64,000 nt of DNA, from IMG/VR virus record IMGVR_UViG_3300009314_000709, positions 8,433-72,432 of that record. One strand, given 5' to 3'. Positions 18,440-28,247 of the stretch are shown in pieces (position 1 is the first letter of the stretch; the number at the start of each line of letters is the position of its first letter). The position numbers and the translations under genes were made by a program. The stretch comes from a virus. Below the pieces are notes generated by a model. The model was given only the letters and a program-made list of their open reading frames with translations, made no database searches and had not been told where the DNA came from.

Positions 18440-19342
18440 ATGACTACTTCATGCCCACAACAAATGCGATTAAGCATCACAGCTACTACGAAAAATACCG
18501 AGCCATGTGGCTCTGGGAACATAAACTGCACTGATTTGAATCCCGTAGGATGTCAGTGCAATGAATCGATTATTGGCCCTCGCAACAATCGTGAGAACGT
18601 GCGAGGGCAACTTCACGATTATATCTTGGCAAAGCTAGGTGCACCTGCGATAGAACTCGAACTGGATGAACAGCAACTCGATATTTCCATTGATGAAGCA
18701 CTAGATGTCTGGGAAGACTACGCCCCAAGGGACTTCTACCAATATTACACATTCACAACTATCCCTGGTACAAGCGTTTATCAAATGCCACCCGAAATAG
18801 GACATATCAGACAAGTGTACTATAAGGAAATGGCACAGTTCGCTTTCCAATCAACAGACCTAGACGGGGCAATTCCAGTTGAGTACTTCTACCCAGGTGG
18901 TGCGTACACAAGTATCCAAGGCGGCCTCATAGACCCCATTCAACCTATCTGGGGACGCATGGGAGAATGGGCGTTATACAAGCAGTACGAACAAATGTAC
19001 TCAAAATTGTCTTCTAACCTTGGCGGTTGGGAGTGGGTTGGCGGCCGGAACACAATTAAACTCTACCCAATACCATGTAAACCACAAACAGTCATTGTCC
19101 ACTACCTACAGAAGTGTAAAGACTGGGAGTGTAACTACCAGTCTATTCGTGAAGGTGCTTTGGCTTCGGCTATGATGATGGTGGGTGAGATTCGCAGCAA
19201 GTTCCAAACAATCCCTGGGCCTATGGGTGGCACGGTATTAAATGGCCAAGATATCTTGCAGCGAGGGAAAGAGATGTGGGACAGATGGGAAGAGCGGCTA
19301 ATAGATAGGTACGGCGATATCTTAATGATCCTTGTAGGTTAG
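18440..19342 (+). CDS. neck protein (T4 gp13-like head-tail adaptor)
   Basis: DYILAKLGAPAIELELDEQQL...IDEAL, GEIRSKF..IPGP.G...LNG; CTATATA at 18425-18431. Confidence 0.88.
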   Translation: MTTSCPQQMRLSITATTKNTEPCGSGNINCTDLNPVGCQCNESIIGPRNNRENVRGQLHDYILAKLGAPAIELELDEQQLDISIDEALDVWEDYAPRDFYQYYTFTTIPGTSVYQMPPEIGHIRQVYYKEMAQFAFQSTDLDGAIPVEYFYPGGAYTSIQGGLIDPIQPIWGRMGEWALYKQYEQMYSKLSSNLGGWEWVGGRNTIKLYPIPCKPQTVIVHYLQKCKDWECNYQSIREGALASAMMMVGEIRSKFQTIPGPMGGTVLNGQDILQRGKEMWDRWEERLIDRYGDILMILVG

Positions 19343-19345
19343 ACT

Positions 19346-19870
19346 ATGGACTTTTATCAACTCGACGAAGCAACAACCAGATACAGTGTTGAAGTTAACT
19401 ACCGCACTAATCTCAAAGAAGTGAAGGAAGGCTTCGCTAAAATGGTGCTGGGTTACGTAAGCGCCGCTTTGAAAGAGCGAGGCTTTCATGTGAAGAAGTA
19501 TCTCGGAGAACATCCATATCGCCTCATCGTGTCTGCCCGCAACTGGGTAGATGGCGAGTGGGTACTGGTCGTGTCGTTCTATCCCAAGGAAGACTGTTTT
19601 GTCCTCTCCAAAGGCTTCTTCAACAAAGACCGAGATACCGTAACTGTCCAATCTAGCGAGCGATGCAAGGACGATTCCGCCGCCGATATCTTCCGCACAG
19701 TATTTAACAAGATGTCTAAACTGAAGGACGAACCAGATCACCACGTAGGTGGCTTGAAAGGCGTCAAAGGCAAAACAGGCCCCAAGAAGGGGTCAATGAG
19801 ACCAACGCAGAGCTTTGAGAATCTTGCGAAATTCTTAAAACCATCACGTGAAGAGAAAATTGGAATGTGA
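19346..19870 (+). CDS. hypothetical (likely virion) protein
   Basis: Co-transcribed with the neck gene; MDFYQLDE start. Confidence 0.55.
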   Translation: MDFYQLDEATTRYSVEVNYRTNLKEVKEGFAKMVLGYVSAALKERGFHVKKYLGEHPYRLIVSARNWVDGEWVLVVSFYPKEDCFVLSKGFFNKDRDTVTVQSSERCKDDSAADIFRTVFNKMSKLKDEPDHHVGGLKGVKGKTGPKKGSMRPTQSFENLAKFLKPSREEKIGM

Positions 19871-20118
19871 TAATGAAACCAATCAATTTTGAGCAATGGC
19901 TGCTAGAAAACACTGACGTTCAGATTTGCCCTACTTGCACATATCCTTTTAGTGGTGATGCCTGCCCAAACCCAGCGTGTGCCGCTAATCCTGACATTCC
20001 AGATGATGTCAAAGCGGCGCAAGCAGCAAAAGCTGATAAAGCGAGAGCGGAACAAGAAGAACGAGATAGAGTGGATAGAATTAAACGTAGAATGATGTAC
20101 ACACGATTCCGGCAATAG
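19867..20118 (+). CDS. putative internal head protein with Zn-binding motif
   Basis: INFEQWLLE start; CPTC...CPNPAC. Confidence 0.55.
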   Translation: MIMKPINFEQWLLENTDVQICPTCTYPFSGDACPNPACAANPDIPDDVKAAQAAKADKARAEQEERDRVDRIKRRMMYTRFRQ

Positions 20119-20124
20119 GCAAAG

Positions 20125-20760
20125 ATGTGGCACCGTATTGGCAAAAGTGGAGAAAAGGTCTGGGGTAAGCGAGGCGCAGGGTTCGCCTTTTCAGAAGGAG
20201 AGCATCTTCTACTACTCAGACGAAGTGATAAGAAAGGCAAAGGCGACCCGTGGAGCAAAACGTGGAGCTTTCCTGGTGGCAGATCAGAAGAAGACGAAAC
20301 TCTGTTGGGTACTGCTCAACGAGAAACTAGGGAGGAAATTGGGAAGCTCCCTAATGGTCGGCGTCTCTCCCACATCGATTCTCAAAACGGGCGACACCTC
20401 TTCCGTACATACATCTGTAAAGTCCCTCACCGGTTCTCGTGCGATCTCAGTGACGAGCATGATGCTTATCGATGGTTCCATTTGAACGATCTTCGGGAAG
20501 TCAATCTTCATAAGAAGACCAGAGAGACGATAGATGACGTTGTGCGCATAATCGTAAACCGCACCGGAGGGAATACACATAACGAGTCCTATATGTCAGG
20601 ATTTGCGGAATACGTTAGCCTACAAGAAGTAGGCGGAGCAACCGCTGATTTGTGGGCTGGTTATCATAAGGGTGTTGATTACCAGATTGAAGGCGACCCT
20701 AGTTCAATGTACCCACAAAGAAGAGAACGTCGTAGGAAGCGCCGTCGGTCAAGAAAGTAG
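20125..20760 (+). CDS. NUDIX hydrolase
   Basis: Nudix box GGRSEEDETLLGTAQRETREEIG; SDEHDAYRW. Confidence 0.9.
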   Translation: MWHRIGKSGEKVWGKRGAGFAFSEGEHLLLLRRSDKKGKGDPWSKTWSFPGGRSEEDETLLGTAQRETREEIGKLPNGRRLSHIDSQNGRHLFRTYICKVPHRFSCDLSDEHDAYRWFHLNDLREVNLHKKTRETIDDVVRIIVNRTGGNTHNESYMSGFAEYVSLQEVGGATADLWAGYHKGVDYQIEGDPSSMYPQRRERRRKRRRSRK

Positions 20761-21057
20761 TTCTCGCACTCCGCCAAGCACTCGTTCACTGATACCTTTT
20801 ACTCTCTTAATATCTTCTACGCTGGCGAACGGGGCAGCCTCTATAAGTCGTTGAGCTAACTTTTCACCCACACCCGATACTTGCATCCATTCCTCAACCG
20901 ACCAGTGATTGAACGCCACATCCACTTCGGGTGATGTTGTGCCGCCCTCTTCGTTCGGTTCGCAGTTCATTAACTCTTCTCGCTGCTGTAGAAAGTTTGG
21001 TCGTGCAAGTCTATAGTTAGCTTTAGCCCAGCTTTCAAAGCTCTGAAGTTCTGTCAT
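20749..21057 (-). CDS. ComEA-like helix-hairpin-helix DNA-binding protein
   Basis: VSGVGEKLAQRLI...PFASVEDIKRVKGISE; N-terminal SFESW. Confidence 0.75.
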   Translation of the reverse strand: MTELQSFESWAKANYRLARPNFLQQREELMNCEPNEEGGTTSPEVDVAFNHWSVEEWMQVSGVGEKLAQRLIEAAPFASVEDIKRVKGISERVLGGVRELLS

Positions 21058-21800
21058 ACCTTACTCCGCTTAATTCCGGCCCACTTGGTACAAGTATCTA
21101 CGTACACGTCGATACTTTCACCTGCATCGCCCCAAAAACCTGGCAATCGTTCAGCGGTGAGTTTGCCTTCTTTTAGGAAACACATATTCAAGTCAGTGAT
21201 CTCCAATTCACCACGTTGAGATAACCTGAGTTTTTGAATATGGTTCCAAACGGTCGGCTTGTACATGTAAAGGCCGGTAGCGATAGTATTTGCTTTTGGC
21301 TTTTCCGGCTTCTCTTCAATACTCAATACGTCATACCCATCGCTCTTTTTCTTACCAAGCTCAACAACACCATACCATTCCGGGCGCTCAACCTCCTTGA
21401 CGAAGATTTTGCAACCAGTCCTAGAAGACTCAAAAGCCTTGATCGAATCGGCAAAAGAATCTTCAAAGATGTTATCAGCCAGGACCACAGCGATAGGCGC
21501 ATCTGCCGCCCAGTCTTCCGCTAGTTTCAGAGCATGGGCGATGCCTTTTGCCTCGGATTGGTAAGCATAATTCAGTCGCCGCAAACCAAACTCTTCGCCA
21601 TTGCCCAGAATCTTGAGAAAGTAGCCAGCCGAGTTGCCCCCAACTACCAGTAGAATGTCCTCGATTCCACTGTCGACCAGCGTCTGAATGGGCCAGTAGA
21701 CCATTGGCCGGTCGTAAACGGGTAATAGGGATTTGTTCGTCACCTTTGTGAGGGGATGAAGGCGTGTCCCCATTCCGCCTGCAAGTACGATTCCTAACAT
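21054..21800 (-). CDS. rmlA: glucose-1-phosphate thymidylyltransferase (RmlA/SpsI-like)
   Basis: GIVLAGGMGTRLHPLTKVTNKSLLPVYDRPM, EEKP, SQRGELEITD, WGDAG. Confidence 0.9.
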   Translation of the reverse strand: MLGIVLAGGMGTRLHPLTKVTNKSLLPVYDRPMVYWPIQTLVDSGIEDILLVVGGNSAGYFLKILGNGEEFGLRRLNYAYQSEAKGIAHALKLAEDWAADAPIAVVLADNIFEDSFADSIKAFESSRTGCKIFVKEVERPEWYGVVELGKKKSDGYDVLSIEEKPEKPKANTIATGLYMYKPTVWNHIQKLRLSQRGELEITDLNMCFLKEGKLTAERLPGFWGDAGESIDVYVDTCTKWAGIKRSKV

Positions 21801-21906
21801 GCTTTAAGGGAGTACAGCCGACGGAAAAATTGACCTTGAGCGAGATTCTAATCCGAGGTATCTTTTTCCGTACCAACCCTTTCCCCTAATCACAGGAGCT
21901 TCGATC

Positions 21907-23082
21907 ATGCTAGCATCACTATTGCTAGTAACCACCTTAGCGGCTGGCGGCTTGACCGCTGACGACGTAGACGAACTGAGGATTATCAACGCCCTCTTCG
22001 TCGAAGCGGAAAAACTGGAAGAGAAAGGTGCACCGGTCCTCACGGAACAGGGCAAACAAGCTCTGCTTGCTCGTGCTAGCGGAATTGCTGGCGAGGAATT
22101 AGATCGAGAGAGGCTAGAGGAGCTTTCGACGACTTTCTGGGGTCGAGTGACGGGGTTCTTCACGTTCATTAACATCATATGGGTAACGGCCGCTGTGATC
22201 GGGGTGATAGCGATCATGTGGTTGTTCGGTATCTATTTCTTGCAGCTTATTATCTCCATTCCTGCGCAAGTATGGGAGGTCGCTATTTGGCTCGCCTGTA
22301 TTGGCCTTGTTACCCTTGGGTTGCGCAGCACGGACCAAACTTACGCTTTGTGGTATGTCTTTCCCGCTTGTCTCGGCATGATCGGCGCTATGATCTTGTC
22401 CCACCACATTCACATTAAGCCGGTGATCCAGAAGCGACGTAGATACGACGAAGATGAGGACATTTCACCGCACGCTTTTGTATTGGGGGCGATATGGGCA
22501 CTGGTGGCTATCCTCTTCGATAGCCAACTGATCGGCTTCATTTCGGTCGGGGCGTTTATGACGGCCGCAGGATTCTTTGCAGGTATGTACCCGATGTGTA
22601 TTTGTCTAGGATTTCAAAAAGAAGACAACGGCATCGTGGCGACAGTCATTGCGGGAGCGGTTTGGGTATTATATCTCGTACTCGGCTTGTGTTGCCCCGA
22701 TCTGCCAGAGTACCAACCGTTCGTGCCAGGACTCGCTTTCCTGGGAACGTTCTGTTATTTCCTTGGCTTACTCATCATCAGCAACAAATGGTACCTCAAG
22801 TACGTGTATAATGCGCTCGATCACTACGTGCCTTTACAAGTTGTCGTCGTGATCTCCGGTATAGCGGCCTTGTACTTCGGCACTGCGATTGGATCAGCGG
22901 CCGTCGTGGGAGTTGGCGGCACCTTCTTCTACATTTGGCTGTTGCAAAAGTATTTCGAGATCGTCGCCACAGCTAGAATTCATGCTGCCTGGGCCATGTT
23001 GTTCCTGGCCGGAATTCTTTACTTCATGGCCTGGCACGCATCGAAGAACCCGGAGTACTTCATTTTCATGGCGAACAACTAG
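21907..23082 (+). CDS. multi-pass membrane protein
   Basis: Signal-like N-terminus followed by about 10 hydrophobic helices. Confidence 0.7.
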   Translation: MLASLLLVTTLAAGGLTADDVDELRIINALFVEAEKLEEKGAPVLTEQGKQALLARASGIAGEELDRERLEELSTTFWGRVTGFFTFINIIWVTAAVIGVIAIMWLFGIYFLQLIISIPAQVWEVAIWLACIGLVTLGLRSTDQTYALWYVFPACLGMIGAMILSHHIHIKPVIQKRRRYDEDEDISPHAFVLGAIWALVAILFDSQLIGFISVGAFMTAAGFFAGMYPMCICLGFQKEDNGIVATVIAGAVWVLYLVLGLCCPDLPEYQPFVPGLAFLGTFCYFLGLLIISNKWYLKYVYNALDHYVPLQVVVVISGIAALYFGTAIGSAAVVGVGGTFFYIWLLQKYFEIVATARIHAAWAMLFLAGILYFMAWHASKNPEYFIFMANN

Positions 23083-23097
23083 AGAGGAAGGGAGCAG

Positions 23098-23358
23098 ATG
23101 CAACGCCTCTTCGCAGTCTTTCTACTGTTTGTGACTATGGCGACTTGGCTTTTTGGCGTTCTCTGCAACTGGAGAACGTGGGTGGTGATAGCCAGTGCAG
23201 TCTGGTTGACGATCTTGACTTACCACATCGGTTTTCTTTTTTGGGTTTTTATCTGGCTCGGTCTATTCATCGGCATGGTCTTGCTACTGGTTGTACCGAT
23301 AGCCATGAACATTAGGCTACGCACAGAGACCTATCCGAAGGATGAAGAGGCCATTTAG
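23098..23358 (+). CDS. small membrane protein
   Basis: Almost entirely hydrophobic; GGAG RBS. Confidence 0.55.
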   Translation: MQRLFAVFLLFVTMATWLFGVLCNWRTWVVIASAVWLTILTYHIGFLFWVFIWLGLFIGMVLLLVVPIAMNIRLRTETYPKDEEAI

Positions 23359-24677
23359 CCATCGCCCGCATCCAGACGACGGTGCAACCCGTTCTTACCT
23401 TCTTCGACGGCAAGGAGCAACTGCGATTCCCTCTCCAAGGCTGTGGTCATCGCTTCCCAGTCTTTGGCCGCCGAGCCATCCATCAAACGACGAGCACCGG
23501 TGAGGATGGCACGTAGACGGCGAGGATCATTGGTGTTTTCCTGCTCCATGATCTCCATCGCCTTCGTCACCCATCTCTCATTCCCATTGTGCTGTCGTAC
23601 TTCACGCAGTCCGATCAGTCGCAGCACATCAGGGCTAGGGCGGGGGAAGAAGATTTTTTGAGACAAACGAGACGCCAAGGCTCCGTCGTGAAACTTCTTG
23701 AACTTGGGTAGGTTGTTAACCGTGAACATCACCAATGCCTGGTAAGGCACTTCTTCCCTGCCCCTGGTGGCCGTTGCCTTGCGAACACAGGCCGAGACAT
23801 TGCAGATATCGATGAACGGTGACAACTTATCTGGGTCCGCTTTGTCCCCCTCTTCCACAATGATGAGGGAAGGCTTAGGATCAGCTTCCAATAAGACGTT
23901 CTCGAAACCCGCTTTCGTGGTCTGGCTGGCGGTGAACCTCATAACGGCCCCGTCTGGCGAATGCTCCGCAACCATTTCGTAAATCCGTTCACATACCGTA
24001 GTCTTACCCGATCCCGGCTGACCATAGTACATGATATGGGATCGCTCTAAGTAACCACTCCGCACAAAGGCACTGAGAGAATCCCAAGTCAGACGAAGCT
24101 GGGGATCGAGGCCGTAGATATCCGCCTCAAAGTAAGGTTCCCACTCGGGAGGAAGAAGGATGTGTGCTGTTTCGGCCCGCCCACCCGCTTGCAGCATCGC
24201 ACGGGCTTCCTCTAGGTTAAAGTCATGGCCCCCTGGCCCGGTTGCCTTGACAACCGACCATCCTCTCGACTTAGTTCCGGCGAATTTAGCCATCATGCCA
24301 GCGAGACGTTGCGCTCGATGAATCAACTGTGCGAGGCTATCGAACTTCGCAATCGTGTAGCGGAAATTGACCTTGCCGGTACAGATTTTCTTGAAGACAC
24401 CTCCAGCCCCACTTTGCGTAACTCTGGGACGTGTTACCTCGTGGGACCAACCTGGCGTATTCCGAGTGGCGTCTTCGGCAATGGAATGGAGTTGCGCCCC
24501 GGCCGCATCGCCCGGCGACTTGGCGTACACCTTTTCCAGAGTGACGGTTAATAAGAACGTCTCGCCGACCTTGACCGTCGCCCCGCCACTCTCATGTTGC
24601 GGAATCTGGGCAACACCGGCCGCCTTCTTCTTGACGGGTCGATGTGCGGACTTCTTTACGATCTTCTTCTTGGCCAC
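23355..24677 (-). CDS. AAA+ ATPase
   Basis: Walker A GQPGSGKT, Walker B-like IIVEEGDK, sensor TVNN, arginine finger ALASR. Confidence 0.85.
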   Translation of the reverse strand: MAKKKIVKKSAHRPVKKKAAGVAQIPQHESGGATVKVGETFLLTVTLEKVYAKSPGDAAGAQLHSIAEDATRNTPGWSHEVTRPRVTQSGAGGVFKKICTGKVNFRYTIAKFDSLAQLIHRAQRLAGMMAKFAGTKSRGWSVVKATGPGGHDFNLEEARAMLQAGGRAETAHILLPPEWEPYFEADIYGLDPQLRLTWDSLSAFVRSGYLERSHIMYYGQPGSGKTTVCERIYEMVAEHSPDGAVMRFTASQTTKAGFENVLLEADPKPSLIIVEEGDKADPDKLSPFIDICNVSACVRKATATRGREEVPYQALVMFTVNNLPKFKKFHDGALASRLSQKIFFPRPSPDVLRLIGLREVRQHNGNERWVTKAMEIMEQENTNDPRRLRAILTGARRLMDGSAAKDWEAMTTALERESQLLLAVEEGKNGLHRRLDAGDG

Positions 24678-24713
24678 GGTTGGCTCCCCTTGGCAAACAA
24701 TCTGCGTACTCTA

Positions 24714-24722
24714 AGTATAGCA
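24714..24722 (-). promoter_or_regulatory. putative sigma70-type extended -10 promoter TGCTATACT
   Basis: Upstream of the AAA ATPase; the same 9-mer occurs at 30908-30916 upstream of another minus-strand unit. Confidence 0.45.
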
Positions 24723-24763
24723 TAGACACCGTTCCGGGGAAACAGGTTCTCTGCCTACGCAAC

Positions 24764-25435
24764 TTATTCCGCAGCTTGGACTTGCGGCAATTTGAAGAAT
24801 CGCTGAACCAATTTAACGCAGTACTGGAATCCTTCGCTCTCCTTGGGCATGAATTCCGGGTGATACTGCATCCCGAGGGCCTTGGTTTTTGGGTACCACA
24901 CCACATCGTGCTCTCGGTCAGGTTCGTATTCGACGCCTGGCGGGCCTTGATAGCACGCCGAACGTCTCGGCTCGGCCCAAGCGATTGGTACGGCGTCGTC
25001 GGGAGGGAGTTGCATCTGGTGATGTGTGGAAGAGACTTCAATAAGGCGACCGTCGTCAGTGAGTATCTTGTGATAGCCGCCATGCCCAGTAATATGTTGT
25101 GCGAGCTTGCCGCCACTCATGGCACAAATGAATTGACTACCACGGCAGATGCCCGCAATGGGGATGCCTAGCCGTACGGCTGCCCGAAACACTTCGGCCT
25201 CGAACTTGTCACGCTTAGGATCATTGTATGTTCTCTCGTTTGCTTCTTCTCCGTATAGCGAAGGGGTCACGTCTGACCCGCCTGTGAAAACTACTAGCGC
25301 AATCTCGTCTCTAGTGTCCTCGTCCGCTAAGGCTAAAGCACGAATATGGCGTTCGCCGAACGTCTGGAATGGCAAGTAATACGACGCACCACAATCGGCG
25401 TTGTCGTTGACCATCAGTATCTTGCTACCCATCAC
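24764..25435 (-). CDS. class I glutamine amidotransferase / peptidase C26 (gamma-glutamyl hydrolase-like)
   Basis: FTGGSDVTP.LYG, GICRGSQ nucleophile elbow, STHHQ, QYHPE. Confidence 0.9.
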   Translation of the reverse strand: MMGSKILMVNDNADCGASYYLPFQTFGERHIRALALADEDTRDEIALVVFTGGSDVTPSLYGEEANERTYNDPKRDKFEAEVFRAAVRLGIPIAGICRGSQFICAMSGGKLAQHITGHGGYHKILTDDGRLIEVSSTHHQMQLPPDDAVPIAWAEPRRSACYQGPPGVEYEPDREHDVVWYPKTKALGMQYHPEFMPKESEGFQYCVKLVQRFFKLPQVQAAE

Positions 25436-25439
25436 AGCC

Positions 25440-25862
25440 TCACTCAGTTATGTGGATGACTTCGACTTGCCTGGTGTCTACAATGTCGTCGGCTGTCTCG
25501 ATAGTTCGATCTGGGCCGAGCGACCGCACCTGTAGATACTCGGCAAGACTGTCGGCGAAGTAGGTGTACCGAAGGTTGTTGTTCCAGGAATCAACACAGG
25601 GAATCTCTCCGCTGTTTTCGTCGTTGAACCTGGCTAGGCCACCGTTCGCCGTGTTCTGCGATTCAAGACGTGTGGCCCATTCGGAAACAAGTAATGTGGC
25701 TTCGTTGTAGTTCTCTTCCGCCCTCCGAGTACGGCTATTGGTGTCCCAGATTATCAACCCGATGAGACCACCAAACATACAGATGACGGGGATGGTAATG
25801 AAGAGAAACCCCCACTCCTCCATGAATGAATGCTTACGATCAGATGTGTATGAGTATGGCAT
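25440..25862 (-). CDS. pilin/GspG C-terminal-like membrane-anchored protein
   Basis: N-terminal TM, then DSWNNNLRY...VRSLGPDR..TADDI motif. Confidence 0.6.
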   Translation of the reverse strand: MPYSYTSDRKHSFMEEWGFLFITIPVICMFGGLIGLIIWDTNSRTRRAEENYNEATLLVSEWATRLESQNTANGGLARFNDENSGEIPCVDSWNNNLRYTYFADSLAEYLQVRSLGPDRTIETADDIVDTRQVEVIHITE

Positions 25863-25972
25863 GGGACCACTCCTGATACAAAAAAAGCGGCAACGTACAC
25901 GTTACCGCTTAATCGTAGTCTCCCATCAGAACTACGCAATATCAGATTATCGTCGGTTTTATCATAAAACCT

Positions 25973-26437
25973 TTAGATGATTTCGATGCCGTCGAGAGGG
26001 TTCTCGTTCAGCAACACGTCCGGTTGTGGTTCTTCCTTCTGAGGCTGCGTTTCGTTGAGTTTTTGCTGTTGCTTTTCGGGTTTCTGTTCCACAAACTCTA
26101 CCGTACCCTCATTGGTCACAATAGGAGGTTGCTCTGTGATTAGCTTGTCAGCCATCGGTTGCTCCGTTGATTCGTTAATAGGTTGCACCTGGGCTACAGA
26201 GGGGGACTCAATAATCTTTACGAGCCGCAATTCGTTGCTCTGCACCATGAACATATAGTAGTTATCTCCGACAAATTCCTCGTTAACTGCAACTTTGCTA
26301 GTGCCTGACTTAGTTGGGCGTGGTAAAAAGAGGTCTCCGCTTGTGTTGTTGCGGAAGACGAATACGCCGTCGCCGCTCAGTGCGGACTTCCGTTTCTGAG
26401 CACGGAGAACATTTTTCTCGTATTTGTTCAGTCTCAT
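25973..26437 (-). CDS. hypothetical (likely virion) protein
   Basis: Contains INE/LITE/LNE motifs resembling prohead-protease sites. Confidence 0.55.
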   Translation of the reverse strand: MRLNKYEKNVLRAQKRKSALSGDGVFVFRNNTSGDLFLPRPTKSGTSKVAVNEEFVGDNYYMFMVQSNELRLVKIIESPSVAQVQPINESTEQPMADKLITEQPPIVTNEGTVEFVEQKPEKQQQKLNETQPQKEEPQPDVLLNENPLDGIEII

Positions 26438-26537
26438 ATTGCCTCATGTTTTTGCGATTTACCACCGATATCTTTAGTAATATAGTGTCTCTCGCTCCAC
26501 CTTTCATAACAAAACCGCAAACTCGGAGGAAAACCCT

Positions 26538-26882
26538 ATGAGCGGAACCACTACTGTAGCACAGACGCCGAAGAAGTGGTGGCAAGTCTACCAAGGCGAC
26601 CGGGAGTGTCGTCTCTTCAAGGCTCTGGCACGAGGCAAGCATGAGTGGCGTACTACTGATGGTTTGATGAAAGCGGCCAAGCTGAATCAATCCGAAGTGG
26701 AAACCATCTGTGCTAAGTATGTCACTGTCGGCTTGATCCATCAACACTCGAAAGAACCTGGCAAGTGGCGTTACTGGGAACGGGCTACGGCGAAGAAGAA
26801 ACAAAAAGGCATCGCCGACGAAGACAAGAGTCGCCGCATCGATGAGAAGCTCGGCACAAACTCGTCGCCTGGCGGCTGCTGA
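26538..26882 (+). CDS. hypothetical protein, possible winged HTH
   Basis: WRTTDGLMKAAKLNQSEVETI...GLI; GGAGG RBS. Confidence 0.55.
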   Translation: MSGTTTVAQTPKKWWQVYQGDRECRLFKALARGKHEWRTTDGLMKAAKLNQSEVETICAKYVTVGLIHQHSKEPGKWRYWERATAKKKQKGIADEDKSRRIDEKLGTNSSPGGC

Positions 26883-26923
26883 GGCCCGTAATCTCTTCGC
26901 ACAGTTTGTGCGGCTCGATTACG

Positions 26924-26960
26924 AAAACGCCCCGCCGAGATTCTCGGCGGGGCGTTTTTT
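26924..26960. terminator. bidirectional intrinsic terminator
   Basis: AAAACGCCCCGCCGAGA-T-TCTCGGCGGGGCGTTTTTT between convergent genes. Confidence 0.85.
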
Positions 26961-26983
26961 ATTGCTCTAATCAATAGGAGGTC

Positions 26984-27223
26984 TTACTTCTTATTGATTG
27001 ACTGGTAGTATGGCGAGTCGGCAGCCGATGGCACCTTCCAAAGCGACGGGTATTGCCCAGCGTAGTATTGGGGTGGATACAGCGGCTCCTTAGCGCCCGT
27101 CCGCTTACGGTTTTCGTTAGCGGCGTCCTTATCATCTCCCATTGGCAACTCAAGTTCATTTTCTGAGCAATAGAGGATGAAATCGGGAATACGTGGTTCC
27201 AGTACGGTTGTCTTTTCGCTCAT
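26984..27223 (-). CDS. hypothetical late protein
   Basis: CTATATA at 27257-27263 and GGAG RBS upstream. Confidence 0.55.
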   Translation of the reverse strand: MSEKTTVLEPRIPDFILYCSENELELPMGDDKDAANENRKRTGAKEPLYPPQYYAGQYPSLWKVPSAADSPYYQSINKK

Positions 27224-27266
27224 ATTTACAACTCCAATGACTGTTTCCTTGTGATGTATATAGCCA

Positions 27267-28247
27267 TTAGTCGATAAAAACCAAAGGGACTTCTGGCTGT
27301 CTCGGGAGTTTGGGATTTCGTTGTTTCCAATACTCTCGACAAGTATTTAGAGCTTCCTGGCTGAAATTTGAATAATGCTCCGACAATTCAGCAAAGTCGG
27401 CCAAGGGCTCAAGTGTTGGGTCTTCCTTGAGTTCGGTATACCACTCTTTCCATCCATTATCGAAGTGAACTTGCTTCACAGTTGTGCCATAGAAATGTCG
27501 ACAGCTTCGGAAGAAGTCTTCATCGACTAACGTGACCATTTTGTGTCCATTTGCTAAGAGCTTTGTCGACACGGCGTAACCAGTATCTCCCATAGTAAGT
27601 TGGTACGATGTGTTTTCCTTCAGCGAGCGGTGCATGATGAGAAACCGTAAGTCAAATTCGTCTGACGTACCCCAATGCTCTCCGGCTTCCCAAACCAAGG
27701 CGGTTCGCCAAAAAGCCAAGCATGGGTGAAGCCGCTTCAACGTACGGCCTTGGAACGGACCTATGCGCCAAGCAATAGCTTGCTCCGCCGAGCCAACACA
27801 TCCTACTTGTGGATCAACCAGGAACGGTAGAAGAAATGGCTCGATCCAATTTGGGCCAAGAAACTCTACGTCGGTATCAAGTGTTGCAAAGATCGGCGAA
27901 GTGACTTTTGTTACGAGGAAATCCAAAGCGGAATTGTGCGTAGTACGGTAGTCTCGTAGAATCGTTTTAGCCCTAAAATAGTCCGTCAAATACGGCTCTA
28001 GGCCATAGTGGTCAATGACCGCTTGTTGTCTTTGTTTGTACGTATCATCTGTAGGCCGGTCTTCCAATCTCCACAACCGAACCTCTGGAAGAGCGGCCAG
28101 ATATTCGTCCGACCCATCGCTACTCCCATTATCACAGCAGAGGATTTCATAAGAAAATCCGGGATGGTATTCCCGCAGGCTCTTAACTAGAATTTCGATA
28201 TGTTCAGCCGAATTATAATTAGCGACTAGAAATTGCAAGCACTTCAT
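27267..28247 (-). CDS. GT2 family glycosyltransferase
   Basis: VANYNS, CDNGSSDGS, ATLDTDVE (DxD). Confidence 0.85.
   Translation of the reverse strand: MKCLQFLVANYNSAEHIEILVKSLREYHPGFSYEILCCDNGSSDGSDEYLAALPEVRLWRLEDRPTDDTYKQRQQAVIDHYGLEPYLTDYFRAKTILRDYRTTHNSALDFLVTKVTSPIFATLDTDVEFLGPNWIEPFLLPFLVDPQVGCVGSAEQAIAWRIGPFQGRTLKRLHPCLAFWRTALVWEAGEHWGTSDEFDLRFLIMHRSLKENTSYQLTMGDTGYAVSTKLLANGHKMVTLVDEDFFRSCRHFYGTTVKQVHFDNGWKEWYTELKEDPTLEPLADFAELSEHYSNFSQEALNTCREYWKQRNPKLPRQPEVPLVFID

Noticed and set aside
9930-19342. Bacterial contractile injection system (eCIS/tailocin) instead of a phage
   Set aside because: Neck proteins (gp13/gp14-like), a gp55-like sigma, head-targeting tags and phage-type gene organisation indicate a true phage.
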